Virus record (IMG/VR): IMGVR_UViG_3300031993_000007
DNA: 64,000 bases
DNA from: a virus
Taxonomy: Duplodnaviria; Caudoviricetes
Strand: one strand, 5' to 3'
Below, piece by piece: positions 28,660 through 38,733 of the stretch. Made by a program: the position numbers and the translations under genes. The notes under the pieces are model-generated. The model was not told the origin of the DNA. It did no database searches and worked only from the letters and a program-made list of their open reading frames with translations. How positions within the stretch are numbered: the stretch's first letter is position 1; the number at the start of each line of letters is the position of its first letter.

Positions 28660-30429
28660 ATGTCAACTAGCGAAAAACTCACCATTCGCCGCAGAACAGC
28701 AGCTCCTAAGCCTGCTCCAGCTGCGGCCAAACCCGCAGTAGCTCCGCAAGCTCCTGCCGAAACTACTCCCCAAGCTCCCATTGCAGAAGCTGAAGCTGTT
28801 AAGGAAACTCCTAAGGAAGTAAAGCCTAAGGCTAAGTTGGCTACTCCGATGACTCCTGAACAGCTTGCACAGGCTGCACAAGATGAAGCAGATAAGCAAG
28901 AGATTGCTCTGCCGTCCTTTATGCAACCGGGCGCTCAGATTCGTCAAGTGGATCTCCGTGAGTATAAGAATTACAAACCGGAGCCTATCCGTGCAGCCAT
29001 CGTGCTCAACAATCCTAACTTCAAGGAAGATGCTAAGCCTACTGAACCTGAAGTCACAGAGCTTCCTCCTGAAGCTTCTTATGTACCTCCGGAAGAATTA
29101 CCGCTCTCTCCGTTTACAGGTGCTCCGCATCCTATCAAGGAAGCTCCGCCTGAAGAAGCCGCCCAACTGACTGAAGAAGTTCCGGTTACTCCGACTGAAG
29201 AGCATAATAAGGAACGTTCCGCTTTCGGTGAACGTGTAAACGTCCAGAAACTTGACCAAGGTCTTGCTGACTCTTTGGCTAGTAAGCGTCCGGGCCAGAG
29301 GAAGATCAACGAAAAGCAGTTCTTCGCTGAAGGCCATAAGGAATCTGTTATCAAGAATAACGATTTCGTGGAAAACAACCAGACTTCTAAGACTGTCTTT
29401 GAAATTCAAGATAACACTGCCTTCTTGGATCTTATCAACAAGGGCGAAAAGGCTGTTGAAGTTATTGAAGGCGATCCTGAATACGCACAGGCCGCAAGCC
29501 GTTCTGTGATTGCTGCGATTTCTTCTTACTACTCTGTAGTGCTGCTGCATTCTGGCTATCAGGCTAACTTCACTGGGTTGAAGTATCTTGGTAAGAGCCG
29601 CTTGCTGACCTCCGCAGAAAGTTTGTATCTTGATCGTCGTCGTCTGTACGAAACCATCTACAACCAGATCGAAAGTATGACTGGTGGTAAGCCCAGCTTT
29701 GAAAAGTGGCTGAAGATGACCAGCTTCCACGATACTGGCTCTCTCTTGTTCGGTGTCTATGCAGCCACCTTCCCGACCACTCAAAACTTTGAGGTTACTT
29801 GCCCGAAGTGCGGTAACAAGATGCAGGTTCCGACAGATCCGGAATCTATCGTTGCCGTGTATGACAAGGATGCTTACGAACGTGTTCGTGACGTGGTCAA
29901 CTCTAACCCGTCTTCTGCCGACATCATCAAGAAATCTGCCTTGTCTAGAATTGAAGTGGTGCCTCTGGAACTGCGTCAGTCTGTCTTCTATATCAAGGAA
30001 CCGTCCATTCAGGACTTCCTCGATGTGCTTGCAATCGCTACTCGTGAGCCTGAAATCTACACCAAGTACGAAGATACCTTCGAAAAGACGATGTATATCG
30101 ATCACATCATGATTCCTGACACTGCTCACTATCAGCGTGAAGGCAAGGTTCGCTTTGTCAAGATCACTGAAAAGAAGCTGATTGTCAGGTTCATCGCTAA
30201 CCTCGAAGATGATGAAGGTAACAAGATTGATTCTGTCATTGACAATCTCAACAATGCTTACGATGTCCGTTACGAAATTCCGGAATTCACTTGCAATGGC
30301 TTGCTGAAAGACGATAACGACAACTGGACTAGTGAGCCTTGTAAGCGCAAGATTGAGGCCATGACTCTGGATATGGAAAAGATCCTTTTTCATTACCTCC
30401 AGAGGAAAGCGGCCAAGCCGACGGAGTAA
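28660..30429 (+). CDS. Baseplate hub/tail assembly chaperone (T4 gp26/gp51-like) with Pro/Ala-rich N-terminus
   Basis: TCPKCG and FTC..C Zn-ribbon motifs, D..SLLFG..AATF, KEPSI; probable -1 frameshift extension. Confidence 0.6.
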   Translation: MSTSEKLTIRRRTAAPKPAPAAAKPAVAPQAPAETTPQAPIAEAEAVKETPKEVKPKAKLATPMTPEQLAQAAQDEADKQEIALPSFMQPGAQIRQVDLREYKNYKPEPIRAAIVLNNPNFKEDAKPTEPEVTELPPEASYVPPEELPLSPFTGAPHPIKEAPPEEAAQLTEEVPVTPTEEHNKERSAFGERVNVQKLDQGLADSLASKRPGQRKINEKQFFAEGHKESVIKNNDFVENNQTSKTVFEIQDNTAFLDLINKGEKAVEVIEGDPEYAQAASRSVIAAISSYYSVVLLHSGYQANFTGLKYLGKSRLLTSAESLYLDRRRLYETIYNQIESMTGGKPSFEKWLKMTSFHDTGSLLFGVYAATFPTTQNFEVTCPKCGNKMQVPTDPESIVAVYDKDAYERVRDVVNSNPSSADIIKKSALSRIEVVPLELRQSVFYIKEPSIQDFLDVLAIATREPEIYTKYEDTFEKTMYIDHIMIPDTAHYQREGKVRFVKITEKKLIVRFIANLEDDEGNKIDSVIDNLNNAYDVRYEIPEFTCNGLLKDDNDNWTSEPCKRKIEAMTLDMEKILFHYLQRKAAKPTE

Positions 30430-30665
30430 AACATAAACGCAAGACTCTGGCAGAGAAAAGATCTGACATCTTCCGGAAAGAAAACGACACTATCGTTAAT
30501 ATTCTTGAAAGATTTGATGGAAAGATCTCTCTGACAGAGATTCTGTCTATGGACATGAATAGGCTTTATGGTCTACTTGAAGCTAAAAACAGGTATGATG
30601 AAGCCAAGGCCAAGGCCGAAGCCAAAATAGAACAATCTTTAAATTCAAACAAAACATCCACCTAA
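30357..30665 (+). CDS. Start-less -1 frame ORF, probable frameshift extension of the chaperone
   Basis: Open from 30357 to TAA at 30663-30665; encodes ISLTEILSMDMNRLYGLLE; fills the gap exactly up to the GroEL RBS. Confidence 0.6.
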   Translation, partial: GHDSGYGKDPFSLPPEESGQADGVKHKRKTLAEKRSDIFRKENDTIVNILERFDGKISLTEILSMDMNRLYGLLEAKNRYDEAKAKAEAKIEQSLNSNKTST

Positions 30666-30674
30666 AGGAACCTT

Positions 30675-32417
30675 ATGGCAGAAGAAAAGGATAAGGACTT
30701 TTGGGAAGGTCTTCGTGGCGAAGATTCTTCTTACAAGCCTCAATTCAACGTATATAAGAATTTCCACAAATTCGAAATCCTTGAAAAAATTTCTGAAATC
30801 CTCTCCAAGACTTTTGGCCCTCATGGTAGTACGACTATCATTGAAGACCGTCAGATGCACCATGTTGCCACTAAAGATGGCTACACCCTTCTGAAGTATC
30901 TCACTAGTTCTAATGACCTTGAACGAGTGATCTTGGAATTCATCAAGCGAGCCAGTATGCGATTGGTTCGTGTGGTTGGCGACGGTAGTACTTCTGCCGT
31001 GATTGTCAGCGCAGAAATCGCAAGGAGTCTTAAGAAGTTTATGGAAGATCACCCGGAAATCTATACTGGTGATCTCATGAGCGCCTTGAGCACTATCAGT
31101 GAGCAGATTCAGGAACGTGTGATGAAGCACGCTGTTCAGATTACTGAAGACAATATGGAAAAGCTCTATGATGTCGTGCGAATCTCTACCAACAACAATC
31201 ATGAAACCGCCCGTCTGATTACTGATGTCTACCGTAAGATCGGTAAGTATGGCGTGGTTCATGTGCAGCCCGGTGACTCTTACAAGACTTCCGTAGAATA
31301 TAAGGATGGCTTCCAGATGTATCGTGGCTATTCAGATCCGATTTTTGCTAACCACAAGAAGGACGATCGTGAATACTGCGAACTCCAAAACGTCAATGTC
31401 GTTATGGTTGAAGGTGCCGTGACTGGCCGAGACATCGAAACTCTTAGCAAGATTATGACCTACATCTTCCAGAACAATCTTGGTTCGTTTGTCTTGATTG
31501 CCAATGATTACTCTCCGGACGTGATTGACTTTGCTCGTCAGAACATCATTCGTTCTAAGAATTCGATGCCTATCTGTTTCTGCGAACATGGTGTAAAGAG
31601 TAAGGAAGGCCGTAACCATTTTAGCGACATCGCAGTCTATAACAACTGTAAGGTTGTCCAGTACTTGTCTTTGGCTGAAAATCTTGACAAGGCTTTCTTG
31701 GATGCTAACGGCAACGTAGATGCTGGCATGTTTGAATATCGTGCCGGATTCTGCCGTCGTGCTGTGATTAAGGATCTTGAAGCTACATTCTTTGAAGGCA
31801 AGGGTCTTCAGACAGATGAGTACAAAATCCTTAAGGCTGATCTTCAGCGCCAGATTGCTGAACTCGGTAACAGCGAAACGAAGTATGACTTTGACCAACA
31901 GATTGCGGCCCTCAAGGTTCGTTATGGTCGTCTCTGTGCTTCTAGCGCTATTATCAGTGTTGGCGGCAAGAGCAAAGCTGAAATTGAAACCAATACATTC
32001 TTGGCTGAAGATGCCGTGCTGTCTGCCCGAAGCGCTCTTGAAAATGGCGTAATTCCGGCAGGTAACATCATGGCAGCTATGGTAACTCATCCTGAAGAAG
32101 TTCGTAATGAGATTGCTAATATAGTCGGCGGTACTGGATACATTACCACCGAAAATGCGCAGGATCTTGTCACGATGATTCATGACGCCTTTGTTCGTGT
32201 CTTCATGATCGTTTCCAAACTCAGCTTTGAAGACGTAGAAGGTCTCCTTGATCAGAAGGTTATCTTCAATGTGCGTACCCGCAAGACAGAACCTATCGAT
32301 AACACCGTGGTGCTTAACAGCGCCCGTACCGATAAGGAAATCATTCAGGGCGCACTCAGCGTGGTTGGTCTGATTAGTACCTCTAACCAGTTCATCTTCG
32401 CTCCTAAACAGTTCTAA
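30675..32417 (+). CDS. groEL: Phage GroEL-like chaperonin
   Basis: TFGPHG, TKDGYT, VGDGSTSA, EDAVLSARSALENGVIPAG. Confidence 0.92.
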   Translation: MAEEKDKDFWEGLRGEDSSYKPQFNVYKNFHKFEILEKISEILSKTFGPHGSTTIIEDRQMHHVATKDGYTLLKYLTSSNDLERVILEFIKRASMRLVRVVGDGSTSAVIVSAEIARSLKKFMEDHPEIYTGDLMSALSTISEQIQERVMKHAVQITEDNMEKLYDVVRISTNNNHETARLITDVYRKIGKYGVVHVQPGDSYKTSVEYKDGFQMYRGYSDPIFANHKKDDREYCELQNVNVVMVEGAVTGRDIETLSKIMTYIFQNNLGSFVLIANDYSPDVIDFARQNIIRSKNSMPICFCEHGVKSKEGRNHFSDIAVYNNCKVVQYLSLAENLDKAFLDANGNVDAGMFEYRAGFCRRAVIKDLEATFFEGKGLQTDEYKILKADLQRQIAELGNSETKYDFDQQIAALKVRYGRLCASSAIISVGGKSKAEIETNTFLAEDAVLSARSALENGVIPAGNIMAAMVTHPEEVRNEIANIVGGTGYITTENAQDLVTMIHDAFVRVFMIVSKLSFEDVEGLLDQKVIFNVRTRKTEPIDNTVVLNSARTDKEIIQGALSVVGLISTSNQFIFAPKQF

Positions 32418-32475
32418 ATCCTTAACAGGTCGGGAAGGTCTCCGGGCCTTCCCGCCTTTTTATTGTAGGTAAAGT

Positions 32476-33222
32476 ATGAATTTCCATCAGTGGGCTACAA
32501 ACCCAGTAGGCAAAGGTAGCGCCCAAGTTGCTAATCGTGGTGTTATCATCTTGGATCTTAGAAGACGTGCAGAAGGACGTGAAAGCTCTAAGGGTATCAA
32601 CCTTGAAGTCTATAAGAAAGGACAGTCATATTTGTTATATTTTAAACTGCTGTCTGAGCATTGGAAAGATCTTTGGTATGACGTCGTGTTTACGCTGACT
32701 CCTCCGGAAGGAGTTGATGTGTCGCATGATCGCACTATTGCCAATTACGAAATGAAGATCATTTCTAATATGCCGTCTTTTGCTTACACTTACGCTTATG
32801 TAGCTAATGCTAAGGGCGAAGTCGTGGAATTCTTGAAGAGCAAATTCCCTAAGATCTTCTGGGAAGAGAAGCCTAAAGTCCGCAACCCAAGAGAAGAAAT
32901 GGGTTTTGAAAAGAGTATTCTCTTGTGTGTATTTTACCTGACTTTAAAGAAGTTTCAGTATATAGACACCTTGGATAGGTTATCTAAGGGCGTTCCTAAT
33001 CTTCCTGTTCTGTACAAGAAGTTTATGTCTTTTACTGACAAAATGAAAGACTATGATGCTAAGAAGAAAGCTCACCAAGCGGCTGTTCGAAAGAGTGGCG
33101 TACACATGACAAAGCATGGCGTAAAGCGACTCAGACAGAAACCGCTAGAGCCTCTGAAGTCTTCATCTTCCAAGGCTCCGAAGATGGCCTCTAGGCGCAC
33201 ATTGCCGCAGAGAGCAAGATAG
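32476..33222 (+). CDS. Conserved-type jumbo phage hypothetical protein with basic C-terminus
   Basis: 248-aa ORF between the chaperonin and the sigma-like gene. Confidence 0.7.
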   Translation: MNFHQWATNPVGKGSAQVANRGVIILDLRRRAEGRESSKGINLEVYKKGQSYLLYFKLLSEHWKDLWYDVVFTLTPPEGVDVSHDRTIANYEMKIISNMPSFAYTYAYVANAKGEVVEFLKSKFPKIFWEEKPKVRNPREEMGFEKSILLCVFYLTLKKFQYIDTLDRLSKGVPNLPVLYKKFMSFTDKMKDYDAKKKAHQAAVRKSGVHMTKHGVKRLRQKPLEPLKSSSSKAPKMASRRTLPQRAR

Positions 33223-33259
33223 TCTTTATATTATAAAGCGAACCCACCATGAGGTAATA

Positions 33260-34834
33260 ATGGAACAAACCGAAAACACAGAAGAAATCAATGTCATGAT
33301 GGAAGCCAAACCGGTGTTCGTGAAGATGAATCTTCATGAAATCAGCGGCCTTGGTGACCAATCTATCGATACAATGTCCTTCGGAAAGAAGCGTATCTAT
33401 TCCGGAGTCTCTGGATCGATGGTTAATGACTGGAGTGATCTGGTTCTTGGGTATTATGAAACTTTCAACGTCAAGGATGAAAACGGTAACGATGTTATCG
33501 ACCCGAAGACGGGAAAGCCTAAGACATACCAAAAGCTGATTATTCCTGGATTTGGAATTGATGCCTTGCTAGATTTGGCCAGCTTCAGATTGAAGAGCCA
33601 GTCCCAAGAAATCAAGAATCTGGAAGATCTCATATCCGAGATTGATTTTGTATTGAAAAGAAGCTTTGAATTCAGCTATCGTGTGTCGGATAGCGCTTAC
33701 AAGATCAATATCGTGTACAATACGGACAATGAAGAATTGTGCTTTAAGCGTGAGCACGTTATAGCCATTCTGGCTTGTTCAAAGGTGTTTAGAATCAGTC
33801 TGCCGCTGCTCCTCAGCTTTATGGTAGACAATCCGGAATTTCCTGAAGATATCAACACGGTCATTTTGGAATACTTCCTTCATGCAATGGAGGAGATTCA
33901 GAAGTTCATCGGCAGACCTGTGAATCTTCACAATAAACTCCGTCGTTTGGTTGAAAGTCGTGTCTATGGAACAGAATACTCTGACACAGTGATCTGGGGT
34001 TATCTCCGTAACCTTGGAACCAACTCTGTTGAAGTTGTGCAGCCGTTGCTTCGCAAGCTTATCACGGATATCACTCCGAAGCTGACGATCAATGAGAATG
34101 TGATTAACTTGTATCACGTCGTTGTAAAGAAGCAGCTTCACTTCATGTTCCATGCTAATATTCCGCTTGAATATGAAAATGTAAACTCTGCCCTTGAGCC
34201 GGATGAAGCCAGTGTGTTTGATACCACTGTAGCCAAGTTCGCTCAGAATGAAATCTATCCGCCGCTGGTGGATCTTGCTTATAAGGACTTTGTTCGTAAG
34301 CTCCTGAAGGGTGTGGCCTCCGGAATTGAGGTTACAGATGATGAAGTCGAAGAGTACACCAAGGTCTTTATACCCAGCAAAGAAAAGAACTACATCTTCT
34401 TTGCTCTATACAGCAAGTATATCGAGGATCATGAAATCCTTTTCGCTCTCAATGAACGTCGCTACACTTATCTGACGTTACTGCTTCACAGGATCCTCTT
34501 GAAGTACAATATGCCTAATCTGGCTAAGATCATCATGAGCAATACGGATGATGAAAACACTGCAAAACTCAGCACGTCCAAGCTCAAGTTGACTAGGAAG
34601 TTTATGCAGAGTATTCGTGAGAGTCATGGGTATCAGGAACTCCAGAAGAATTGTTTCAAGTATATTTCGGAGAAATTCCAGCACAATAATACCCTGCTTG
34701 GCATTCTGGAAAATATTGCCAAGAACTCTAGACACTCTGTCTTCCCGAATGCCATTGGCGAGTACGAACAAATTACCATTGATGACGAGTCTTTGGCTAG
34801 CGAACTTCTTCAGTTGGCTAAGATCATTGTATGA
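33260..34834 (+). CDS. Putative non-virion RNAP promoter-specificity (sigma-like) subunit, AR9 gp226/phiKZ gp68-like
   Basis: 524-aa helical protein two genes from the chaperonin (as recalled for AR9 g226/g228), next to primase, with an early promoter. Synteny-based call. Confidence 0.45.
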   Translation: MEQTENTEEINVMMEAKPVFVKMNLHEISGLGDQSIDTMSFGKKRIYSGVSGSMVNDWSDLVLGYYETFNVKDENGNDVIDPKTGKPKTYQKLIIPGFGIDALLDLASFRLKSQSQEIKNLEDLISEIDFVLKRSFEFSYRVSDSAYKINIVYNTDNEELCFKREHVIAILACSKVFRISLPLLLSFMVDNPEFPEDINTVILEYFLHAMEEIQKFIGRPVNLHNKLRRLVESRVYGTEYSDTVIWGYLRNLGTNSVEVVQPLLRKLITDITPKLTINENVINLYHVVVKKQLHFMFHANIPLEYENVNSALEPDEASVFDTTVAKFAQNEIYPPLVDLAYKDFVRKLLKGVASGIEVTDDEVEEYTKVFIPSKEKNYIFFALYSKYIEDHEILFALNERRYTYLTLLLHRILLKYNMPNLAKIIMSNTDDENTAKLSTSKLKLTRKFMQSIRESHGYQELQKNCFKYISEKFQHNNTLLGILENIAKNSRHSVFPNAIGEYEQITIDDESLASELLQLAKIIV

Positions 34835-35880
34835 TAAAGGATGCTGGCCAATATCTAGACGATCTCATAATGTCGGTGTATACTGGGGCCACCAGCATCG
34901 ACTATAATCGGACTCAGCGAATCATCAGATGCTTTGATTGCGGTGACTCTGACAAACAGGATCACGCTCATCTTGGCATTTCTCTGGTTCCTCCGTTTCT
35001 GTATCACTGCCATAGGTGCGGATTCGGAGGAGCCGTAAATGAAGAATTCTTGTCTAGACTCGGAATAAAAATAGACAAGAAGCTTCATGATATTCTGGCA
35101 GAGAACCGCAAGATCGTCATGACGGCGGCAAAGACTAAACAGCGCTCTGGATCTACTCTTGTTAATAGGATCTTGAATGGAGCGTTTGCAAGTCGAAAAC
35201 TTCATCTTCCAAACTACACTGACGCCGATCGACAACGACCTAATTTCAGGTATCTTTGCGATCGATTTGGTGTAGAATGGACTCTAGAGGATGCGAAAGC
35301 TTTTAAATTAATTCCGTCCTTGAAGAGGTTTGGAAGGGCTAACTTCCTCCAAGAGTGGCCTGAAAAACCAGAGGTTTTAGATGTCCTTCATACAGACTAT
35401 GCTGGATTTCTGGACTACGCCGGACAAGAAATTATCTTTCGAAGGATCGTTGAAAGTGAAAGCTCAAGATACTACGAGATAAAATTCTCTAAGGCTCCGT
35501 TCAGATTATACACTATCAGCAGGCAAGTTCCAGTAGCTACATCAAGGCTTCAGCTCATTTTGGCCGAAGGAATTTTTGATGTGATAGGTCTGTATAACAA
35601 GTTTCCTGAATTCCGTAATAATGCTGTCTTTGCAGCGATGCTAGGAAAGTATCCGGATAGCATTATGGACTTCTTCTTTAGACTTGGATTCTTTGCTCAA
35701 GACGTTATGATCTTTAAAGATAATGACGTGAATGACTGGAAATACATCAATGGAATAAAGAGATTGAATTATCCAAAAAAGCTTGGATTTACTGTCAAGG
35801 TTCTGCACAACGAAACAGGGCATGACTTTGGAATTCCGGCTAATGAGATCCGTCTGGATTCTGCTAGACGAATTTTATAA
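34831..35880 (+). CDS. DNA primase (Zn-finger + TOPRIM)
   Basis: RCFDCGDS..H..YHCHRCG; LAEGIFD; FKDND. Confidence 0.8.
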   Translation: MIKDAGQYLDDLIMSVYTGATSIDYNRTQRIIRCFDCGDSDKQDHAHLGISLVPPFLYHCHRCGFGGAVNEEFLSRLGIKIDKKLHDILAENRKIVMTAAKTKQRSGSTLVNRILNGAFASRKLHLPNYTDADRQRPNFRYLCDRFGVEWTLEDAKAFKLIPSLKRFGRANFLQEWPEKPEVLDVLHTDYAGFLDYAGQEIIFRRIVESESSRYYEIKFSKAPFRLYTISRQVPVATSRLQLILAEGIFDVIGLYNKFPEFRNNAVFAAMLGKYPDSIMDFFFRLGFFAQDVMIFKDNDVNDWKYINGIKRLNYPKKLGFTVKVLHNETGHDFGIPANEIRLDSARRIL

Positions 35881-35959
35881 AAGAAAGGGACGTCTCACGA
35901 TGTCCCGTTTTCTTTTTTGGAACATAGAAAAAAGAAGCGAGCCATGTAGGCTCGCTAAA

Positions 35960-38662
35960 TTATACTACCAATCCGTCATTAACTTCAGCATTCGCTAAGT
36001 CATCAATTGTACGGAAGTCTCTAACGCTATCTTGGCCTGACTCTCGAATGAAATTCAGAATATCAGTCATTATAGGATAGAATATTGGATGCTTTTCTAT
36101 TACTGGTGCTAGAACCTTGTAGTACTCTGCTCTAGAGTGCTCGCTGGATTCTGCTACTTTCTTGCCTACGATTTCTAGGACTGCGCCCTTAAATCTACTC
36201 ATTGGAATATTACTATTGTAGCGCAATGGAGCTTTCGGTGATATCATTTTATAGACTTTCAACAGCGATCGCATCTGGAGATCAAAGAACTTCTTGTCAA
36301 CTTCTGTTGGCAAGAAAGTATTTTGGAATCCTTCTGTGATCGCACGTTCCAGATTATCCTCAAATTTCTTCAGCCGAGATATTTCATCTTCCCAGTCAAG
36401 TTTCTTCCAGTCTTTGTATCTGATGTAATCTAAGACATTTTTATTCCACGGAACACTGTGGACTATTTTATAGACTGGTCTGTATTTGTCATATCCATCC
36501 TTCAAGAAGTACATTAATCGACCCCAAATTCGCTTTGGATCGATGTATTCGCCACTATCCCAGTACCCCGGAAGTGGAATATGCTGAGCCGAGAAGGTGT
36601 CTTTATACGACAAGGCTACCAGCAAAGCATTAACTTCCGCTGTTCTACGATCATTAAGGAACCTTGTGAATCTTGAGTATCCTAAAATCTTTATCATGAA
36701 TTCAACTGGAACGGCTATACAATGAACGTCGTTAGTTATATTCAGCATAAAGTCTTTAGATCCCGGATCTAATTCCTCCACAAATGGGAAGAACGTATTT
36801 AGCAATTGCAAAGTCTTAAGGCTCCGAAGGGATTTGGATCTAATATTGATCGTAAAATGGAAATCTTCCGTCATGGTCTTAATATAGGCACCGGACTGTC
36901 TGCATTCCGAGAAACTGAATAACGGACTCAAGGTTTTGATCAATGCGTACACTTCAGAGATCGGATACTCTGTAACACAGTTGAATTTGGCCTCAAACCC
37001 AGTTAATAGAGATGTGCAGTTTTCCTTGTTAAACTTTTGGAATGGTCTGATCATCTCTGTCTCTAGGAATCTATACAGCTGATTACGATCATTGATAGGC
37101 TTCAGGTATTTGGTAAAACTCTGCTCCTGTGTAACCTTGAAGCTAACGGATAAAGCTTCGGCAGTTTCATCAGATGAGTAGAATTTAATAAACGCATTTA
37201 TAACTGGAGAGTCTAAGAATTTCTTGTAATCAATTATCGAAGAATGGCTGTATTCCAATTTGTCTGATATAATTTCCTTGATCTTCTGAGATAACGCCTC
37301 ATAAACTCTGGGACGGAGCGGGTCTGTACCTTTGCTCTCACGTATCAAAGCTTTAAAGATTCTAGTACAATCTTCTCTGGTGTACTTCTCTTTTAAGGCG
37401 TCATTCCCGATAATAATACTCCATAACAAGTATTCTGTCATTGGCAAGCGGACTTCGACATAGCTAGTATTGTAGTACAGTTGAACGAACATCTTTTCTT
37501 TCAATTCTAAGTACCGATCCGTCAGTGCTGATCTGTTGTCATTCAGAGTTCCACAAAGATTTACGGCGTAGCTCTTAATCCGCTCGCAAATGTCCTTTAC
37601 GATAGTATCTGCTATTTCGTGCTTGCGATTAACTAGATCCAGATAATCTACAAGCATTTTACCAACATCTTCCTCTTCTTCTTCGCTATAGTTATCCCTG
37701 TTTTGTTTTTCTTTCCAGGCTTTAGCCATTGTAAAGAATAATGAAGAAGCATCAGAAATTTCTGTTACGATGTGTTTCTTGTTTTCTGAAGTAAGTCCAG
37801 ATCCCATCGATTCTACAACATCTTTCAGGTTACGGAGTTTGGACAACAGCTTTTCGGATTCTTTAAGGATCGGAATTACCAAATCCGGATAAGCCGTAGC
37901 TTTATCGTATGATGTTATTTTTTCTGTGGTCTCGGCTACAATGCGGCTAGATGTTAAGATGTACTCAATAATCGTTTTGCTGGTAATCCGATCTGGCGAC
38001 TTCAGATACTCATCAAAAGCTATCTTTTTCTGATCCATAGAATATGTAGCCTTATCCACCACCGTCGAATAAGAATTCAGATCGCCAATATCTACCAGCT
38101 GACCGTTGATAGAGTATCTGTAACTACTAGAGGATGACAGAGTAGAATCAGTCGTTTCATTAAGTACGGTAGCAGTCGTAGGTGTGATAGGTACAGTAGC
38201 TGTGCTGACCCATTGCCCGGTAGATACATCGCTCCAGCGCCCAGTTCTTTCGGCATGGCGTCTTTCAATCTCTTCAAGACGACGGGAGATTTCTTCTCGT
38301 GTTGCACGAGAATCTACCATGCCTATCAATTGCCTAGCAGCTTCGTTCATTTCGGATCGAGCGGCTACGTACTCTTCACGGAGTCGATAGGATCTATCAA
38401 GACGTCTGGCAGCTCTTTCAAGTCGGCTACCGTATGTTGTTTCTCGGTCTTGAGTGACCGGAGGGATCGTACTGTCGGCTTCAGTAATCTCATGTGGCTG
38501 GTCATTTGGCACAGTTGCTATATTGCTTAATACTTCATTAGCTACCGATTCATCGTTAGGGCTTACCGGCTCTTCAGGAAGGTTATCGTAAGTATCTTGC
38601 TCAATATTTGGAACATCTGCGTCCGAATAAATTTGTTGAAAAGTTTGTTCTTGGGTGCTCAT
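35960..38662 (-). CDS. Large hypothetical protein (early)
   Basis: 900-aa ORF; TATATTAT at 38688-38695. Confidence 0.8.
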   Translation of the reverse strand: MSTQEQTFQQIYSDADVPNIEQDTYDNLPEEPVSPNDESVANEVLSNIATVPNDQPHEITEADSTIPPVTQDRETTYGSRLERAARRLDRSYRLREEYVAARSEMNEAARQLIGMVDSRATREEISRRLEEIERRHAERTGRWSDVSTGQWVSTATVPITPTTATVLNETTDSTLSSSSSYRYSINGQLVDIGDLNSYSTVVDKATYSMDQKKIAFDEYLKSPDRITSKTIIEYILTSSRIVAETTEKITSYDKATAYPDLVIPILKESEKLLSKLRNLKDVVESMGSGLTSENKKHIVTEISDASSLFFTMAKAWKEKQNRDNYSEEEEEDVGKMLVDYLDLVNRKHEIADTIVKDICERIKSYAVNLCGTLNDNRSALTDRYLELKEKMFVQLYYNTSYVEVRLPMTEYLLWSIIIGNDALKEKYTREDCTRIFKALIRESKGTDPLRPRVYEALSQKIKEIISDKLEYSHSSIIDYKKFLDSPVINAFIKFYSSDETAEALSVSFKVTQEQSFTKYLKPINDRNQLYRFLETEMIRPFQKFNKENCTSLLTGFEAKFNCVTEYPISEVYALIKTLSPLFSFSECRQSGAYIKTMTEDFHFTINIRSKSLRSLKTLQLLNTFFPFVEELDPGSKDFMLNITNDVHCIAVPVEFMIKILGYSRFTRFLNDRRTAEVNALLVALSYKDTFSAQHIPLPGYWDSGEYIDPKRIWGRLMYFLKDGYDKYRPVYKIVHSVPWNKNVLDYIRYKDWKKLDWEDEISRLKKFEDNLERAITEGFQNTFLPTEVDKKFFDLQMRSLLKVYKMISPKAPLRYNSNIPMSRFKGAVLEIVGKKVAESSEHSRAEYYKVLAPVIEKHPIFYPIMTDILNFIRESGQDSVRDFRTIDDLANAEVNDGLVV

Positions 38663-38733
38663 AATTTCCTCGAAATATTTTCATAAAATAATATAATGAG
38701 AAGCCCGAAGGCTTCCCACATAGGTAATAAAGA

